From positions 1 through 49,067 of the IMG/VR virus record IMGVR_UViG_3300044825_000433: a stretch of DNA of 49,067 nucleotides. One strand, 5' to 3'. The notes beneath the pieces were generated by a model. It worked only from the letters and a program-made list of their open reading frames with translations. It was not told the DNA's origin and made no database searches. Positions within the stretch are counted from its first letter, which is position 1; the number at the start of each line of letters is the position of its first letter. Both the position numbers and the translations under genes were made by a program. Source of the DNA: a virus (lineage: Duplodnaviria > Caudoviricetes). Of the stretch, positions 47,547 through 49,067 are shown piece by piece.

Positions 47547-47893
47547 TGTTGGGAAAGCAGATGCTGCAATTTGATTAACTCTGGTCAGTGGTCAAGCAGT
47601 GGAGCGAGTACCAACACGCATGGGCATTTGCCAGAAGGTAGACCGCACCTCTACCGACGAGAGAGATGGTGAGTGTCCAGTCGTGTTGGTGGCTGTGCAA
47701 CCAAGCACAAGGCGTTCACGGGGTAGTGGTGGGGCTACCGTTCGACTCGGTGGCTCGGCGCTGTTGGGATGCCGCCAGCATGACACCTCGGAAAGACGAG
47801 GGCTAACACGCATGAGGATTGGCGGGTTGAACTCCCGAGTGATGCGGTGACCGAATCCGCACAATCTGGCAAAGCAGTCCTCAGCCGTGTTGG
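47547..47893 (+). ncRNA. Array of structured RNA modules
   Basis: Five stem-loop modules with many G-U pairs on the + strand, including a bulged-G (AGUA/GAA) motif, a T-arm (TTCGACT loop) and two copies of one closing stem. Confidence 0.6.
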
Positions 47894-47900
47894 GGTGGAT

Positions 47901-48131
47901 ATGACTGAAAGAAAAAGGCAGATATTGGAGTTCATCCGGGCGTACATCAAGATTCATGGTGTGGCTCCGTCGTATGACACCATCGCCAAGGGCATAGGGA
48001 TGAAGGCTAAGTCCAATGTCCACAGGCTGGTCAGAAGGCTTCAGGAAGATGGGATTCTTGAGGTCAAGCCAAGGAAGTTTTATGGCATCAAGCTGTTTGA
48101 CAAGACAGTGAAAGAGATTGCTTCCTTATGA
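47901..48131 (+). CDS. LexA-type winged-helix DNA-binding protein (no peptidase domain)
   Basis: MTERKRQILEFIRAYIKIHGVAPSYDTIAKGIGMKAKSNVHRLVRRL; ATGA-coupled to terL. Confidence 0.8.
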   Translation: MTERKRQILEFIRAYIKIHGVAPSYDTIAKGIGMKAKSNVHRLVRRLQEDGILEVKPRKFYGIKLFDKTVKEIASL

Positions 48132-49067
48132 CATTGCTTACAAAAAAAGAAATAGCCGATTACATGGCTGTTGTGGACAAGCTCCCGGAGGCTGAGAGGA
48201 ATAAGGTTTTTTCTCTGTTGGAGTTGGACCGGGTAGAGCGGTGCAAGGAGTCCTATCTTTTCTTTGTGACCCAGATGTGGCCTGCGTTTATCTCTGGGAA
48301 GCATCATCAGATCATGGCAGAAGCCTTTGAGAGGGTTGCCAGCGGTCAGCTTAAGCGGTTGATTATCAATATGCCTCCCCGGCATACCAAGTCGGAGTTT
48401 GCTTCTTACCTGCTCCCGGCGTGGTTCTTGGGGAAATACCCGGAAAAGAAGATTATCCAGACTGCCCACACCGCAGAACTGGCGGTTGGCTTTGGTCGTA
48501 AGGTCAGGAATTTAGTTCAATCAGAGGCATATGGGAAGGTTTTTGAGACAAAGCTGTCATCGGATTCTAAAGCCGCCGGTCGTTGGAATACTCATATGGG
48601 CGGCGACTACTTCGCTATTGGTGTGGGCGGTGCAGTTACTGGCAAAGGCGCTGACCTATTGATCATTGATGACCCCCATTCGGAGCAGGAAGCCAAACAG
48701 GGCAATCCTGCCGTCTTTGATTCGGTCTATGAATGGTACACATCCGGTCCTCGTCAGCGTTTACAGCCCGGAGGAGCCATTATTATTGTGATGACCCGGT
48801 GGTCAAAGCGAGATTTGACCGGGCAAATCCTTAAAAATGCCGAAAAAGACGGGGTAAATGAGTGGGAAGTTATCGATTTTCCCGCGATTTTGCCCTCTGG
48901 AACCCCGCTGTGGCCCGGATTTTGGAAAAAAGAAGAACTTGAAGCCCTAAAAGCCGAACTTCCCGTCGCCAAATGGGAAGCCCAGTACCAACAAAACCCC
49001 ACTTCCGAAGAAGGAGCCATTGTAAAGAGGGATCAATGGCAGATTTGGGAGAAGTCCGACCCACCCT
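48128..49067 (+). CDS. terL: Terminase large subunit, 3'-truncated
   Basis: Open from ATG 48128 to the window end. LIINMPPRHTKSE Walker A region, TGKGADLLIIDDP Walker B and IVMTRW motif. Confidence 0.92.
   Translation, partial: MTLLTKKEIADYMAVVDKLPEAERNKVFSLLELDRVERCKESYLFFVTQMWPAFISGKHHQIMAEAFERVASGQLKRLIINMPPRHTKSEFASYLLPAWFLGKYPEKKIIQTAHTAELAVGFGRKVRNLVQSEAYGKVFETKLSSDSKAAGRWNTHMGGDYFAIGVGGAVTGKGADLLIIDDPHSEQEAKQGNPAVFDSVYEWYTSGPRQRLQPGGAIIIVMTRWSKRDLTGQILKNAEKDGVNEWEVIDFPAILPSGTPLWPGFWKKEELEALKAELPVAKWEAQYQQNPTSEEGAIVKRDQWQIWEKSDPP

Noticed and set aside
47547-47893. CRISPR mini-array or bona fide tRNA gene
   Set aside because: The repeats are inverted stems without regular repeat-spacer periodicity, and no full cloverleaf with an anticodon arm is present.
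47901-48131. SOS-inducible LexA/CI repressor indicating lysogeny
   Set aside because: It lacks the S24 peptidase domain, and no integrase or att site is visible in the window.

Overview
The window is a large part of a tailed dsDNA phage genome, podovirus-like and resembling freshwater phages. An embedded Rz/Rz1-type spanin pair implies a Gram-negative host; Betaproteobacteria is plausible but is inference. Both ends cut through genes, and no portal, capsid, integrase or DNA polymerase gene lies in the window. 1-30.8 kb (+) holds tail/fibre genes with LamG lectin domains, an expanded lysis cassette around a GH19 endolysin, a tail-tube/stabilisation protein, probable ejected internal proteins and a 2673-aa polyvalent protein (HExxH peptidase-like, ART-like, GP88-like, ART-PolyVal, LPD38). 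30.8-36.3 kb (-) is a recombination/accessory operon (exonuclease, Sak3, SSB, methyltransferase, HTH, RHH). 36.3-40.9 kb (+) holds RusA, a structured non-coding control region and a primase-helicase. 41-46.2 kb (-) is an operon with a SprT-like protease and a MoxR/CobS AAA+ with its vWA partner. 46.7-49 kb (+) holds TerS, a LexA-type wHTH and TerL. The most unusual signals are non-coding. (i) The palindrome GTTTAAAC occurs at least 21 times, where about 1 is expected. (ii) A perfect chromosomal parS site and three DnaA boxes flank terS. (iii) A promoter-driven array of about five structured RNA modules lies between terS and terL. (iv) The 36.7-37.3 kb control region contains a pseudoknotted RNA and a candidate anti-Shine-Dalgarno sRNA. 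All family calls come from motif recognition by eye; no searches were run.
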